In this document: one piece after another, positions 8,833 to 20,500 of the stretch
How the letters are laid out: each line of letters starts with the position of its first letter
How positions within the stretch are numbered: position 1 is the first letter of the stretch
Origin: Lacipirellulaceae bacterium
Lineage (GTDB): Bacteria; Planctomycetota; Planctomycetia; Pirellulales; Lacipirellulaceae
Assembly (NCBI GenBank): GCA_965243695.1
Contig: CBDEWC010000039.1
Coordinates: 424,019 to 488,018, forward strand
DNA: 64,000 nucleotides
Direction of reading: 5' to 3'
Notes under the pieces: generated by a model
What the model was told of the DNA's origin: nothing
Database searches by the model: none
The model's input: only the letters and a program-made list of their open reading frames with translations
Translations under genes and position numbers: made by a program

Positions 8833-11031
8833 TCAGTCTAAAAATAGAAACTCATTCAGGTTCAGGGCCATCAGGCAAAAGACGTCAAAGGCCTTGCTGG
8901 GAGGGACTTGTTCGTTGTCGACAAGGTCTTGCAAAAGGTTGACGCCACGAACAATGTCTTCGTTGGTCGGGCTGCGTTGGGTTACCAGCCAAAGGGCTCG
9001 TTGGACCTGGGTGTCAGGGTTATCGCCGACCTCATCGCGGATGCGGGCTGCCAACTGTTGCGATTGCTTTTGCGAAAAATTTCCATTCAGCAGTTCTAAA
9101 GCTTGTGTCGGTTGGGTGGTGGAAAACCGTACTGGACAACTGTTGTCGGGGTTCGCTCCATCGAAAGCCTCGATCATGGGTGGAATTAAGGAGCGCTTTA
9201 TGTGGACATAGATGGTGCGACGCGTCTGTTGTTCAGGGGAAGAAGATTTCCAACCAGCTCCTGGCCGGGATTGGGTTTGCAGGACTTCTGGTGACAGTTC
9301 GGGAAAAATGCTGGGACCATACATCTGCAGGTTCAACCTGCCACTGACGGCGAGCATCGAATCACGAAGTTCTTCGGCCGACAGACGTCGCATGGATTGG
9401 CGGGAAAACAAGCGGTTCTTCGGATCGCTTGCCAGCACCGAGCTGTCGGCCCTGGACGACATACGGTAGGCACTGCTGGTCATGATCAGCCGGTGCAATG
9501 ATTTGAGACGCCAGCCATCGTTGACAAATCGATGGGCCAGCCAGTCCAACAGGAGCGGATGGGTCGGTAGCCCTCCGTGGAGGCCAAAATTACTGGGCGA
9601 GTCGACGATGCCGCGGCCAAAATGGTGTTGCCACACACGGTTCACGATGACCCGGCTGGTGAGACAGTTTGCCGGGCTTGCGATCCAGTCAGCCAGGACC
9701 GTTCTCCTGCCACAACTTGCAGAGTTTTCCGGCGCTATGGAAAGCACAGGGTCGGAGACGTTCAAGACTGCGGGAAATCCGGGAACGACCTGATCGCCCA
9801 GTGCGCGGGCGTTTCCCCGCGCCATGACAAAAGTATCAGGTGCCAGGTTACCGTTTTCCTGGACGGCCAGGGCGTGTGGTAAGGGGGCCGGTCCTGTTTT
9901 GTCATCCGCTGCCCTCTGTTCTTGGAGTACTTTCCAGAACGCCTGGTCCTCTTTGGAAAGTACGTTCTCCCAGTTTTCGTGAATCAACCGTTTACGGACC
10001 GTGGCATTATCGTTGGCATCGTCTTGTTCTCCTTCGGACAAGGAGGCAATCACCTTTTGTTCTAACTGGTCAATTTTTGTTTTGAGTTCTGCACACAGTT
10101 TTTCATGCTGTTGTTGCTGATTCTTCCAGTTAGCCTGTTCCTCGGCAGTAGCCAGGGGAGTTTGGGTGTTCAGCGTGAATGCGAAATCTTCGTACTCGCC
10201 TTTTTTGACATTATTCAGGATGTTGTGAAAGAAGGCCATGAAGCGGTAATAATCCCGCTGACTGATGGGATCGATCTTGTGATCGTGGCAGCGGGCACAG
10301 TTGATCGTTAACCCAAGGAAAACTTCGCTGGTGGTGCTAACGACGTCGTCGAGATGGTCATAGTAGGCCTGGAGTGGATCGACTGGTTCGTCGTCCCACA
10401 GGCCAAGACGATAATACCCCGTGGCAATGACCGTTTCGTAAGATCGCTCGGGAATTTCATCACCGGCCAGCTGTTCGCGGATAAATTGGTCGTACGGTTT
10501 ATCGTCGTTGAAACTCCGAATGACGTAATCCCGGTATTTCCAGGCATTGGGTTTGGGGTTGTCCCGTTCGTAGCTGTCGGTTTCGGCGTAGCGGACCAGG
10601 TCAAGCCAGTGGCGGCCCCAACGTTCTCCATACTGGGGAGAGGTAAGCAAGTGGTCGATCATCTCTTCGTAGGCAGCATCGGCCGAGTCGTTGGCCGCTA
10701 CCCGAGTGAAGTAGGCTTCGGCCTGCTCTGGTGAGGGAGGCAACCCGGTAAGATCGTAGTAAGCCCGACGCAACAAGGCAGATCGATCGGCCGTTGGAGC
10801 AGGAGGAAGGTCCGCCGACTCAAGGCGAGAGAGAATAAATCGATCGATCGGGTTGCGACCCCACTTTTTTTGCTCGATGTCTGGCAGGGCTGGCGAGGTA
10901 ACGGGTTGAAATGCCCAGTGTGAGTTACCCACTGCTGGTAGAACGTCTGGTAGCGAGGTGGCCAGGCAATTGCCCACAAGCAATAACAGGAGAGGATGGC
11001 GCAAAATTATCTTCGGACTACCAACCATCAA
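8833..11031 (-). CDS. DUF1549(PSCyt2)/DUF1553(PSD1) family protein (no N-terminal PSCyt1)
   Basis: 732-aa ORF. IDRFILSRLESADLPPAPTADRSALLRRAYYDLTGLPPS, INCARCHDHKIDP, coiled-coil middle, LTSRVIVNRVWQHHFGRGIV...THPLLLDWLA, DGANPDNSCPVRFSTTQPTQALELLN. Start is TTG 11031 or ATG 11028. Confidence 0.9.
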   Translation of the reverse strand: MMVGSPKIILRHPLLLLLVGNCLATSLPDVLPAVGNSHWAFQPVTSPALPDIEQKKWGRNPIDRFILSRLESADLPPAPTADRSALLRRAYYDLTGLPPSPEQAEAYFTRVAANDSADAAYEEMIDHLLTSPQYGERWGRHWLDLVRYAETDSYERDNPKPNAWKYRDYVIRSFNDDKPYDQFIREQLAGDEIPERSYETVIATGYYRLGLWDDEPVDPLQAYYDHLDDVVSTTSEVFLGLTINCARCHDHKIDPISQRDYYRFMAFFHNILNNVKKGEYEDFAFTLNTQTPLATAEEQANWKNQQQQHEKLCAELKTKIDQLEQKVIASLSEGEQDDANDNATVRKRLIHENWENVLSKEDQAFWKVLQEQRAADDKTGPAPLPHALAVQENGNLAPDTFVMARGNARALGDQVVPGFPAVLNVSDPVLSIAPENSASCGRRTVLADWIASPANCLTSRVIVNRVWQHHFGRGIVDSPSNFGLHGGLPTHPLLLDWLAHRFVNDGWRLKSLHRLIMTSSAYRMSSRADSSVLASDPKNRLFSRQSMRRLSAEELRDSMLAVSGRLNLQMYGPSIFPELSPEVLQTQSRPGAGWKSSSPEQQTRRTIYVHIKRSLIPPMIEAFDGANPDNSCPVRFSTTQPTQALELLNGNFSQKQSQQLAARIRDEVGDNPDTQVQRALWLVTQRSPTNEDIVRGVNLLQDLVDNEQVPPSKAFDVFCLMALNLNEFLFLD

Positions 11032-11248
11032 AATATTGAAACAGCCAAAGGAAAAAATGAAAATAGGTTACCGTAGAAGACACCACCAATAAGCGGATTG
11101 ACACATCCGTCAAATCTTAATCTACCAAGAGCCAAAAATGCATGCAAACCAGCCAGTAAAAGAACTGCGCCTTCTGCCTGTATTTGTTCCTTGCGGATAC
11201 GTTTTCCAGACTCATGACTGACCGAAACTATTTTGCCAGGGTTGTTCT

Positions 11249-11263
11249 GGGCGCCAGGCGCCC
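11249..11263. promoter_or_regulatory. Perfect 15-bp palindrome GGGCGCCAGGCGCCC in divergent spacer upstream of the sugar ABC operon
   Basis: Read directly at 11249-11263, about 150 nt upstream of ATG 11416. No protein evidence for function. Confidence 0.2.
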
Positions 11264-11415
11264 ACTTGTGACGGGACTGGTAAATCGGTGACAATGGCAA
11301 CTGACGCAGGTCGAGTTTTTCGCACTGCGATGGCCATGAGAAAGCGTTTGGTGGTAGAACTCGGTGGTTCGTGGAACCTGTGGTTTCTTTTTTTCACTTT
11401 TCAGTTGAGTATAGT

Positions 11416-12450
11416 ATGGTTCGACACGCCTTTTTTCTGTTTCTGTTTTTGATAAGTGCGACTTTGTTTTCCGGTTGCCAACGGTCGGAGGATGATCGTC
11501 CTACCATCGGTTACGTTACCAATGGCATCGCTTCATTTTGGGTGATTGCCGATAGGGGAGCCCGTGACGCGGCTGGTGATCACGACGCGCAGGTCAAAGT
11601 ACGGATGCCACCTAGCGGCGTAAGCGATCAAAAACGCATGGTTCAGGATTTGATTGCCGCGGGGGTCGACGGTATTGCGATCAGTCCTATCGATCCTAAC
11701 AACCAGGGTGACCTGCTCGATGAGATTGCCCAACACGCGATTTTGATAACCCAAGACTCCGATGCACCAGAGAGCGACCGGCTGTGCTACGTAGGGATGG
11801 ATAACTACATAGCAGGTCGGATGTGTGGCAAGCTGGTTAAGGATGCAATCCCGGAGGGGGGCAGTGTGGTCATCTTCATCGGGCGGCTTGCCCAGGAAAA
11901 TGGCCGCTTGCGACGGCAAGGCGTGATTGACGAATTATTGGATCGCACAGAAGATCCAACACGCTATGACAGTCCTGCGGTAGGTGAGTTGAAGGGAGCA
12001 AAATATACGGTCCTTGACACGCGGGTCGACGATTTCGATTTCCCCAAGGCCAAGGCCCAGGCTCAGGAGATCATTACGCGATTTCCAGATGTCGACTGCA
12101 TGGTTGGCCTGTTTGCTTACAACCCGCCGCTCATACTCGAGGCAGTGCGGGAAGCACGAAAACTTGATCAAATCAAGATTGTGGGCTTTGACGAAGATGA
12201 AGCGACGTTAGAGGGCATTGCAGGTGGTGGAATTTTCGGAACGATTGTCCAAAACCCCTACCGCTACGGTTATGAGTCGGTACGGATTCTTGCCGGTTTG
12301 GCACGCAATGATAAAAGTGTGTTGCCAGAGAATGCATTTCTTAACATTGAGGCACGTCGCATCACCGAGGAGAATGTCGACGAGTTCTGGGCAGAATTGA
12401 AGCAGTTGACTTCCGAAGAACCTGCCAAAATAGACTCCTCCGCCAAGTAA
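11416..12450 (+). CDS. Sugar ABC transporter substrate-binding lipoprotein (periplasmic-binding-protein type I, CUT2-like)
   Basis: ORF 11371..12450. ATG 11416 gives [21 protein letters not shown] (lipobox). [15 protein letters not shown]...[12 protein letters not shown]...[15 protein letters not shown] is typical of RbsB/LacI-fold binders. Followed by ATPase and permease genes. Confidence 0.8.
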   Translation: MVRHAFFLFLFLISATLFSGCQRSEDDRPTIGYVTNGIASFWVIADRGARDAAGDHDAQVKVRMPPSGVSDQKRMVQDLIAAGVDGIAISPIDPNNQGDLLDEIAQHAILITQDSDAPESDRLCYVGMDNYIAGRMCGKLVKDAIPEGGSVVIFIGRLAQENGRLRRQGVIDELLDRTEDPTRYDSPAVGELKGAKYTVLDTRVDDFDFPKAKAQAQEIITRFPDVDCMVGLFAYNPPLILEAVREARKLDQIKIVGFDEDEATLEGIAGGGIFGTIVQNPYRYGYESVRILAGLARNDKSVLPENAFLNIEARRITEENVDEFWAELKQLTSEEPAKIDSSAK

Positions 12451-12463
12451 GGGTGACCGGCCT

Positions 12464-14002
12464 GTGGTTATCAATCGTTTGACGCCGCTGCTTGAAGCGC
12501 GCCAGGTCACCAAGCGTTTTCCGGGCGTGACCGCCTTGCGCCAGGTAGGACTCACCCTTGCTCGGGGTGAGGTGCTGGCGGTTATCGGTGAGAATGGGGC
12601 TGGCAAGAGTACCCTGATGAAAATCCTGGCTGGGATTCAGCAGCCGGACGAGGGTGAAATTTTCATGGATGGGGAGCCGACGGCGATCGATTCGGTTCAC
12701 ACGGCACTTCAGCGTGGGATTGCCCTGATTCATCAGGAACTTAACCTGGCCGCCAATCTTTCGGTTGGCGCAAACATCTATCTTGGTCGTGAACCGCGGC
12801 GTTGGGGGTTGATCGACAGTAATCAGATCCACAAAGATGCTCGCCTGGTCCTGAGGAAAGTTGGCTTGTCGGTCGATCCTCGCGTGGTTGCCGGTCAGCT
12901 GTCTATTGGCCGCCAGCAACTGGTAGAAATTGCCCGCGCCCTCTCGGTGGGGGCTCGTGTTCTGATCATGGATGAACCGACTTCCAGCCTCTCCCAGCAG
13001 GAAACAGAAACGCTTTTTGATGTGGTACGGCAACTTCGGGCTGACGGGGTCAGCATCATTTACATTTCCCACCGATTGGGAGAAGTGCGCGAACTGGCAG
13101 ATCGAGTTACCGTGCTGCGTGATGGTGAGTGTGCCGGTGACCTTCCGCGCGAGGAAATTGATCACGATCGCATGGTTCGTCTGATGGTGGGGCGCGACAT
13201 TTCACAACTTCACGTGCGCCAGCCCCGCACGCCGGGAACGGAGGCGATCGGTGTTGAGGCCGTTGTGGTTCCAGGCCGTTTGCAGCACCGCCTCAGTTTT
13301 GCTGTACAGGCAGGCGAGATTGTGGGGATTGCGGGACTTGTGGGTGCTGGACGTACGGAGTTGCTTCAGGTTCTCTTTGGTGTTGTTCCCGCAGTTGCAG
13401 GGACGATCTGCGTGGCTGGAAAAAAGATTAAGCCTCGTAGCCCGTTCGATGCGATGAGTGCGGGAATTGCACTGGTGCCCGAAGATCGAAAATCACAGGG
13501 GCTGATTTTACAAATGGCGGTAAAAACCAATATTAGCCTCGCCAGCGTTTATCAACAGCGTCGGGCAGGGGTACTGCTCAACGATGCGTTTGAGCGACGC
13601 GAGAGTGCGCGCATGATCGAGCGGCTCCGCATCAAAACGCCGAGCGATCAGCAGCCAGTTCAGTACCTCTCTGGAGGCAATCAGCAAAAGGTTGTGCTGG
13701 GGAAGTGGCTTTCATTGGAACCGCACGTGTTGTTGTTGGACGAGCCAACGCGTGGTGTTGACGTTGGGGCCAAGCAGGAAATTTATCAACTGATGGAAGA
13801 GCTTGCCGGCAAAGGAGTTGCCATTTTGTTTGCGAGCAGTGAAATGGAAGAGATTTTGCGAATGTCTGACCGTACCCTTGTGATGCATGAGGGAGCGATC
13901 ATGGGAGAACTTTCGCGTGACCAATTATCTGAGGAGCGGGTTATGCAACTGGCTACCGGGTTGCGTCCGCTCAGCAAGACGGGCCTGGAACGAGAAACCT
14001 GA
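12464..14002 (+). CDS. Sugar ABC transporter ATP-binding protein (duplicated ABC domains, RbsA/MglA type)
   Basis: 512 aa. Walker [10 protein letters not shown] and GLVGAGRTE. Signatures LSIGRQQ and LSGGNQQK. Walker B LIMDEPT and LLLDEPT. Confidence 0.9.
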   Translation: MVINRLTPLLEARQVTKRFPGVTALRQVGLTLARGEVLAVIGENGAGKSTLMKILAGIQQPDEGEIFMDGEPTAIDSVHTALQRGIALIHQELNLAANLSVGANIYLGREPRRWGLIDSNQIHKDARLVLRKVGLSVDPRVVAGQLSIGRQQLVEIARALSVGARVLIMDEPTSSLSQQETETLFDVVRQLRADGVSIIYISHRLGEVRELADRVTVLRDGECAGDLPREEIDHDRMVRLMVGRDISQLHVRQPRTPGTEAIGVEAVVVPGRLQHRLSFAVQAGEIVGIAGLVGAGRTELLQVLFGVVPAVAGTICVAGKKIKPRSPFDAMSAGIALVPEDRKSQGLILQMAVKTNISLASVYQQRRAGVLLNDAFERRESARMIERLRIKTPSDQQPVQYLSGGNQQKVVLGKWLSLEPHVLLLDEPTRGVDVGAKQEIYQLMEELAGKGVAILFASSEMEEILRMSDRTLVMHEGAIMGELSRDQLSEERVMQLATGLRPLSKTGLERET

Positions 14003-14019
14003 TTGGCAGTAGATAAATC

Positions 14020-15018
14020 ATGAAAAAAAACCTGGGTATTTTAGTCCTGTTTGGCATGGTGTTTATTGCGACTGCCATGTGTAGCGGTAAGTTTTTGAGT
14101 GCCTACAACCTTGAGAACCTTATCCTGCGTGCTTCGCTCTACGGCATCATTGGGATTGGCGTATCCTTTGTGATCATCAGTGGGGGCATTGATCTTTCCA
14201 TTGGTTCGGTCATCGGATTGATTGGTTGCCTTTACCCGATGATGATTGTCCAATGGGGCGTTCCTGTATGGGGAGGATTGTTGCTGGTGCTCCTGATTGC
14301 AGCCTGTATTGGAGTGTTGCATGGATTATTGATCACCCAACTGAAATTGCAGCCTTTCGTGGTCACGCTGTGTGGCTTGCTTGTTTATCGCGGAATTGCC
14401 CGCTGGATGACCGGTGACGCCACGCTTGGATTTGGTAGCGATTATGCATCACTGAGGTGGCTTGCGATCGGAAAAATCCCCACCGGTCTGGGCAACTTTC
14501 ATATACCTGTACCGCTGATCATTCTGATCGTGCTTGGCGTCCTGGCCGCGATATTGCTTAATCGAACCATCTTTGGCCGCTACCTGTTGGCGCTGGGAAA
14601 TAATGAACAGGCTGCCCGCTACAGTGGAATCAACACCTCAGGGGTGATTATCAGTACTTACATGATTTGTTCCTTGGTTGCAGGTTTAGGGGGAGTACTC
14701 TTTGCACTGGATGTAAATTCGATTCAACCGGCCGGGTTTGGAAGTTTCTACGAACTTTATGCAATTGCGGCGGCCGTACTGGGTGGATGTAGCCTGAGAG
14801 GCGGTGAAGGGTCAATCTTCGGAGTGATTATTGGTGCGGCGATCATGCAACTCCTCTACAACTCCATTGGCGTGCTGGGAATTCAGACCACGTTGGAATA
14901 CGCGGTCATCGGTATCGTGATTTTGTTGGGAGTCATGGCCGATGAAATTGTACGGCGCATTGCCGCCCGACGGCGGGCTGATCAGCAGGCCGTGATTTCG
15001 GCGCAGCCAGAAAAGTAG
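14020..15018 (+). CDS. Sugar ABC transporter permease (RbsC/branched-chain-type inner membrane component)
   Basis: 332 aa, strongly hydrophobic. FVIISGGIDLSIGSVIGL and LALGNNEQAARYSGIN motifs are typical of CUT2 permeases. Confidence 0.9.
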   Translation: MKKNLGILVLFGMVFIATAMCSGKFLSAYNLENLILRASLYGIIGIGVSFVIISGGIDLSIGSVIGLIGCLYPMMIVQWGVPVWGGLLLVLLIAACIGVLHGLLITQLKLQPFVVTLCGLLVYRGIARWMTGDATLGFGSDYASLRWLAIGKIPTGLGNFHIPVPLIILIVLGVLAAILLNRTIFGRYLLALGNNEQAARYSGINTSGVIISTYMICSLVAGLGGVLFALDVNSIQPAGFGSFYELYAIAAAVLGGCSLRGGEGSIFGVIIGAAIMQLLYNSIGVLGIQTTLEYAVIGIVILLGVMADEIVRRIAARRRADQQAVISAQPEK

Positions 15019-15228
15019 CCGGTTAGCGCTATTGCGATGGCACTCGTGTGTAGCCGGCTTGTGAGCCAATAGATCCCGGCAGAATCAGGGGTCCTTGCTG
15101 AGCCCTGTTACCCGAGATCAAAGCGGGTGTTCAAAAGGCTGGCCGGCAGTACCCCCGAGACCTCAAGCAGGGCGTCATGATTCTGTGGTGCTGTTGTTGA
15201 CTTCAAACGTCAACAGGTAGCCCTGGTC

Positions 15229-15669
15229 TCAGGTACTGATTTCAAAGATGGCCTCAATCTCCACAGCCGCTCCGGTGGGTAGTGCGGCAAAGCCCAGTGC
15301 GCTGCGTGCATGATAGCCAGCCCCATCTTTGCCATAGAGTTGGTGCAGCAGGTCCGATGCGCCATTGATGATCAGGTGTTGGTCGGTAAAGTCGGGCGCC
15401 GAATAGACACAACCGAGTAGTTTCAAGACCCGCAGGCCCTCCAGCGTTCCGTGCGTGTTGTAAACAGAGCGGAGGATTTTTTTGGCACAGTCGGCCGCAG
15501 CTTCGTAGCCTTGCTCGACGGTGACATTTTTTCCCAACACGCCTGTCAGGTCGCTGGTATGTCCGGAGGTGATCAAAAGGTTGCCACTCCGAACACACAG
15601 GTTCAAATAACCAGGTTCAATAGGCTCAAAAGAAACGCCCAGTTCTTGGGCTTTTTGGTCGATAGTCAT
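15229..15669 (-). CDS. RidA/YjgF-family protein
   Basis: 146-aa ORF. Size and C-terminal ...HARSALGFAALPTGAAVEIEAIFEI fit the YjgF/RidA fold family. Assignment by motif only. Confidence 0.65.
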   Translation of the reverse strand: MTIDQKAQELGVSFEPIEPGYLNLCVRSGNLLITSGHTSDLTGVLGKNVTVEQGYEAAADCAKKILRSVYNTHGTLEGLRVLKLLGCVYSAPDFTDQHLIINGASDLLHQLYGKDGAGYHARSALGFAALPTGAAVEIEAIFEIST

Positions 15670-15895
15670 GGCATGGCTTTCTGGATGTGGGTAGTTTCTT
15701 TTTCCCGCTGCACGGGCCAGGGTAAATTGATGAGAACGTTTTAGACTTCCCGGCGGCGTGTGGCAAGTGGTCAGTGGGACGGTTTAGAGGGTGACGGGTC
15801 CGTATTTGTCCGAAATTCGCCATCGGTCGGGTGCGCCTCTGCGGGGCCCCTGCCGAACCGAAATACTGGTGGTCCGTTGCGGTAGCCGACTGATG

Positions 15896-15937
15896 CAAGT
15901 TGCCATATTGGAAAAACAAGTTGCCAGTTTGGAAAAA
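15896..15937. repeat. 21-bp tandem repeat x2 (CAAGTTGCCATATTGGAAAAA / CAAGTTGCCAGTTTGGAAAAA)
   Basis: Read directly; 19/21 identity. Lies in the 342-nt spacer between DUF1501 (16012..17481) and the RidA-like gene. Confidence 0.85.
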
Positions 15938-16011
15938 GAGGCTGAGCGCGCCTCACCGGGGCAGGGGCGGGCACGACCGAGCGCAGCCAGCTGCAACACC
16001 CGACCTCGTGC

Positions 16012-17481
16012 TTATGAGAACAGGGCAGTGAGCGCTTTTGCCTTGACGAGTTCCCGAGGTTGGTTGAGGTGATTCATCACCATGGTTTCCGGATCAATTC
16101 CAAAGCCATGGTAAATCGAAGCAAGCAATTCCGAGGGATGGACCGCATCATCGACCGGTGCCGAGCCGGTTGCATCGCTCTTGCCGTGTACGTAACCCTG
16201 TTTGATTCCAGCCCCGGCGGCAATCGCCGTGTAGCAGTAGGGCCAGTGGTCACGGCCATCGGCGCTATTGGAATTTCCACTGGTGCTTACCCCTTTTTGC
16301 GGGCTGCGCCCGAATTCACCCACAGCAACAACCAGCGTGTCCTCCAGTAAACCTCGGGAGTCCATGTCTTCAATCAAGGTGGAGAGGCCTGCGTCGAGCA
16401 TGGGGCCGGACTGGTTTTTCATGCGTTTGGTCAAATCCTGATGGTGATCCCAGGAATGGTTGTCCGAATTAGCGACCTTCGGCCAGACGACCTCGACTAC
16501 GCGGGTTCCGGCTTCCACAAGACGACGGGCCAGCAGGCAACTTTGACCAAACGTGGTGCGGCCATATTGGTCGCGGAGAGCGTCTGGTTCTTGCTGGAGA
16601 TCAAATGCCTCGCGGGCTCGACCTGAGAGTATCAACTGAAGTGCCTGGTTGTAGTATTGGTCGAGGTTTTCGCCAGCCAGCGATTTTTCGAGTTCAGCGG
16701 CGCTCTTGCTCACCAACTCGCGAAGTTGGGCACGCCGTTGGAGGCGGACCGAGAACATATCTTGGCGCATGGTAAGATCATCGATCTGAATACGGTCCAT
16801 CTTTTCCATATCCATGTCATCGCCATCAGGATAGAGCGTATATGGGTCAAACGCTTTTCCCAGGAATCCGGCCGTTCCCCCTTTCCCGACCACGTTGCTT
16901 TCCTGCAGCGGACGCGGCAACATCACGAAGGGCAACATCGGTTCATCAAGAGGGCGCAGGTGGATAATATTGGAACCAAAATTGGGGAAGTCTTTTGGGC
17001 TGGGAGGTTCCAACTGGCCCGAGGGGCTCACCTTATCGGTCGTGTAGCCGGTCATCATCTGGTAGATGGCGGCGGTATGGTTGAAGAGCCCATTGGGGGA
17101 GTAACTCATCGACCGGATCATCGTAAATCGATCGTTCAGTTGCGACAGTCGCGGCAGAATTTCGGTGAACTGGACTCCCGGGATTTTGGTGGAAATTGTT
17201 TTGTAAGCACTCCGCACGTTGTCGGGTACGTTTTCTTTGGGATCCCAAAGATCAAGGTGACTTGGCCCTCCCTGCAGATAAAGCAGGATAATACTTTTGG
17301 CCTTTCCCCAGCCTGGTCCTCCCTGGTGGCCAATCGTGTTAGCGGCGGCTTGCAGTTGGAGCATTGGCGCCAGTGACAAGCCGAACATACCAGCCCCACC
17401 GATCCGCATGACGTCGCGCCGGGTGGGACGCAAGTGTGGGTCGCACAGATCTTTAGCTTTTGATCCGGTAATGCAAAACAT
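16012..17481 (-). CDS. DUF1501 domain protein, TAT signal
   Basis: 489 aa. [34 protein letters not shown]...[28 protein letters not shown]. Lies 88 nt downstream of the giant PSD1 gene. Confidence 0.9.
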   Translation of the reverse strand: MFCITGSKAKDLCDPHLRPTRRDVMRIGGAGMFGLSLAPMLQLQAAANTIGHQGGPGWGKAKSIILLYLQGGPSHLDLWDPKENVPDNVRSAYKTISTKIPGVQFTEILPRLSQLNDRFTMIRSMSYSPNGLFNHTAAIYQMMTGYTTDKVSPSGQLEPPSPKDFPNFGSNIIHLRPLDEPMLPFVMLPRPLQESNVVGKGGTAGFLGKAFDPYTLYPDGDDMDMEKMDRIQIDDLTMRQDMFSVRLQRRAQLRELVSKSAAELEKSLAGENLDQYYNQALQLILSGRAREAFDLQQEPDALRDQYGRTTFGQSCLLARRLVEAGTRVVEVVWPKVANSDNHSWDHHQDLTKRMKNQSGPMLDAGLSTLIEDMDSRGLLEDTLVVAVGEFGRSPQKGVSTSGNSNSADGRDHWPYCYTAIAAGAGIKQGYVHGKSDATGSAPVDDAVHPSELLASIYHGFGIDPETMVMNHLNQPRELVKAKALTALFS

Positions 17482-17569
17482 AAAAATGCTCGCTAGTCGT
17501 ACAGGATAGTTCGGGCCAAATTCAAAAACAGCGAAGGTGTGGCCAGCTTATTGAAAATCTAGGCCGTTA

Positions 17570-20500
17570 TCAGTGATTGTACAGGAATTCAGGACTGTTA
17601 ATCAGGGCCCAGGCGATATCCTGGGCTCCCGTGAGCCTCTGTTGAGACAATTGCTCTGTGCTCAACTTGACAGCTCGGCGGAGCTCTACCAGGGTTGGGT
17701 CAACCGGTGGTGATTTTTCCAGGTCGGCAATCCGCTTTGCCAGCTGGACCGTTTCAGCATTGGGTGGAACGGGTCCTTCGGCATCGGTCACTTTCGTTTG
17801 GTGATCGAGGTATTCTTGCTGTTGGGCAAGGTAGTAGGTTCGTAGAACTTTCTGCTGTTCCGAAGACCTCTCATTGGGGGTCAGCTGAATCAGGTTGAGA
17901 ATATGTTCGGGTACACCGAATGAAATTGGGCGAGGCGACCTGGTCACCCCAATCCGGAAGCGGCCCAGTTTGAACTGGCCTTTGTAGTAGTTTTGAATGA
18001 GCTGCAGACGGAGGAGTCCTTTTCCCTCGGCAGCATAATCTTCGGTTGTTTCGAAAATGGCCACATGGTCCTGGCCCGTGTGTGGGGCAATTCCCCATCC
18101 GTTGGTACGGTCATCGGTGACACCATCAATGGCCTCTTCGATGGGATAGTCCTTTTGATGGACATCGGACTCTGCTTTTTGAAATTTATGGAGTGTGAAT
18201 TCAGGGGCCGCTGATTGAACGAGCCGAATTGCGTCAATTTCAATTTTTTGACCGCCTCCCATCAGGCCGAGTCGTAACCGGAGAAGGGGCGATTTTGGTT
18301 CAAAATAAATCCGGTAAGTTCGCCAGGGTTGATCTCCCGGAGTCACTTTGCGGTCTATCCACCGCCCTTCTACAAAATCGGCTTCGTCGACAGTTTGCCA
18401 CCATACTTGGACTTTAGTTTCGGACGCGATTTTTGCGGTCAATTCAAGGGCCAAGGGACCTGGAGGTGCTGCGGTTTCGATCGACAACTGATGAGTTTCT
18501 TTTTCGTGTTCAACCAGCAAGCGGCCCTGGTCAACAGTCACAACAGTTTCGTTTTCGGCGATCCATCCATCAGTCGACTCTGGAAAATCCCAGGTGTCGA
18601 CGAGTGACCGTGGTGCGGACAAGTCAGATGCTGTTTCTAATTGGAGTTCGCTGAGCACAAAATTTCCGTTGGCAGCCCGGCCCGGTCCGCTGCCAGGAAA
18701 ACGCTCATCGGCCAGGGGTTCCAGGCGGATTCCTGTAATGTTATTCAAGCGAGTCGGTGTGATGAAATGGTAGGTTGCCGGTGGGCCTTCGGGCCCTTCA
18801 ACCACTACGCTGCGGTCAGGGTTGACTTTGAACTCGGTTTTATAAGTCGCGGCAACTTCGATCGGATTTAAAGGACTCCAGACGGTGACCGTCTGTTCCC
18901 ATTCGTCCTGGCGTTCTGCGAGTGTTGTCCTTACGGATTCCAAAGCGGCCTTAGCGTCGATGATCCGTTGCTGGCGCTCGGCTTCCAGCCTTGTGCGTTC
19001 AGGTGCGATCTCAAGTTTATGTTTTGCAAGTGTGTCTTGAAGCTCAGCAATCTCCCTGGATCGCTGCTCGGTATACGTACCAAGCTGAACCTGCCACTCT
19101 TGTTCTTTGATTTGTAATTGATTGAGCAGTTTTTCATGGTCGCGATTAATTTGAAGAAACACTTCCTGGACACTGTCTATTTCTTGCTGCTGCACGGGGC
19201 GATTAAGAATTCGCAGGAAAAGTTCTTCAATGAGCTGCTGATTATCTGGTTGTTTGGCCACCATTTTTGCAATGGCGCCTTCTGTGTGGTTGACGGCATC
19301 GCCGACGGTTGCTCCGTTGATCATGGCCATGACCGGTCCCATTTGGAGCTCGTTGGTCCGTTCGCACTCACAAGCGCTTTGGCGGGCGGGCCGACCTAAA
19401 TTGTTGAGAAACCCGTCAGGAAGTTGAATTCCCACGTCCGGCAACGAAGCGGCGCGGGTTCCAGCGGGAAGCCCGGGAAAACTGGAAGGGGCCCCTGTCG
19501 TATGGTAAATGGCGTCATAAAGGACTTCCGCTGGCAGACGCCGCGGTTGGGCATGCGAATAATTAATCACATCATCTTCGTTGAATCGATTTCGGGACAG
19601 GGAAAGTTGATAGGTGCGGGAGTGGCAGATGAGTCGCACCAGGTTCTGGGTGTCGAAGCCGCTTGCAATGAATTGTTCGGTAAGCCAGTCGAGTAGCTCG
19701 GGATTCGATGGCGGATTTCCAGCCCGGATGTCATCGATGGGTTCGATCAGCCCTCGGCCCGTTAAATAGGCCCAGATTCGGTTGGCGTAGCTGCGGGCGA
19801 AATAGTGATTTTCGGGGGAGGTGATCCAAGCGGCCAGAAGTTCGCGACGGGTGGCATTGTCTCCGGATTCGTGTTCACATTCAAAAGGAAACTCGGGTGG
19901 GGCTATTTCTCCTGTGCGGAGGTGCTTGACCTCACCTTCGGGTTTGGTGAATACCACCTCGTAGAGAGGCTTTGCAGACTCGACCGCAGTTCCTTTAATT
20001 TCCTGGTCTTCGCTGGCAGGATCCTTCTTCAGGCCAACTCGCGCAAAAAATGCCGAAAGCTGGTAGTACTGATCCTGGGTCCATCTTTCAAACGGATGGT
20101 CGTGACATTTGTTACAGTTGAAACGGGTCGCGAGAAACAGGTGGGTGGTATTTTCCATCGTGGCTTCGGGTTCGCGCAAGATCTTGTAATAGGATCCGGC
20201 CGGATTGTCTTTGGTAGAACCGTTGGCGGTGATCAGTTCACGGGCAAACTGGTCGTAAGGCCTGTTTTCCTGGACTGCAGTACGAATCCAGTTGCGAAAA
20301 GATTCTGCCCCCTCCCGGCCAAGGAACTTGCTGTTGACCTGCAGCAGGTCAGCCCACTTGTTGGTCCAATGTTCTAGATACTCTGGTCCTCCGACAAGTT
20401 GATCGATCAATTCGTTACGTTTCCAGTGAGAGTCGTGTGAGTCGGAGATAAAGGTTTCGATTTGCTCGATCGTAGGCGGCAACCCGGTAAGGTCCAGGTA

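Noticed and set aside
11028-11300. 90-aa minus-strand ORF ending in an overlap with the start of the DUF1549/DUF1553 gene (possible upstream coupled small protein).
   Set aside because: No motifs. It spans the AT-rich divergent promoter region and the 15-bp palindrome. It is more likely non-coding leader or promoter DNA, though I cannot exclude it without expression data.
12362-13165. 267-aa minus-strand ORF antisense to the ABC ATPase gene. Similar long antisense ORFs occur at 16657..17376, 40511..41287, 42052..42729 and 58318..59046.
   Set aside because: Each lies entirely opposite a gene with strong family motifs. Their translations are Arg/Pro/Gly-rich with no motifs. Such shadow ORFs are expected in moderately GC-rich DNA.
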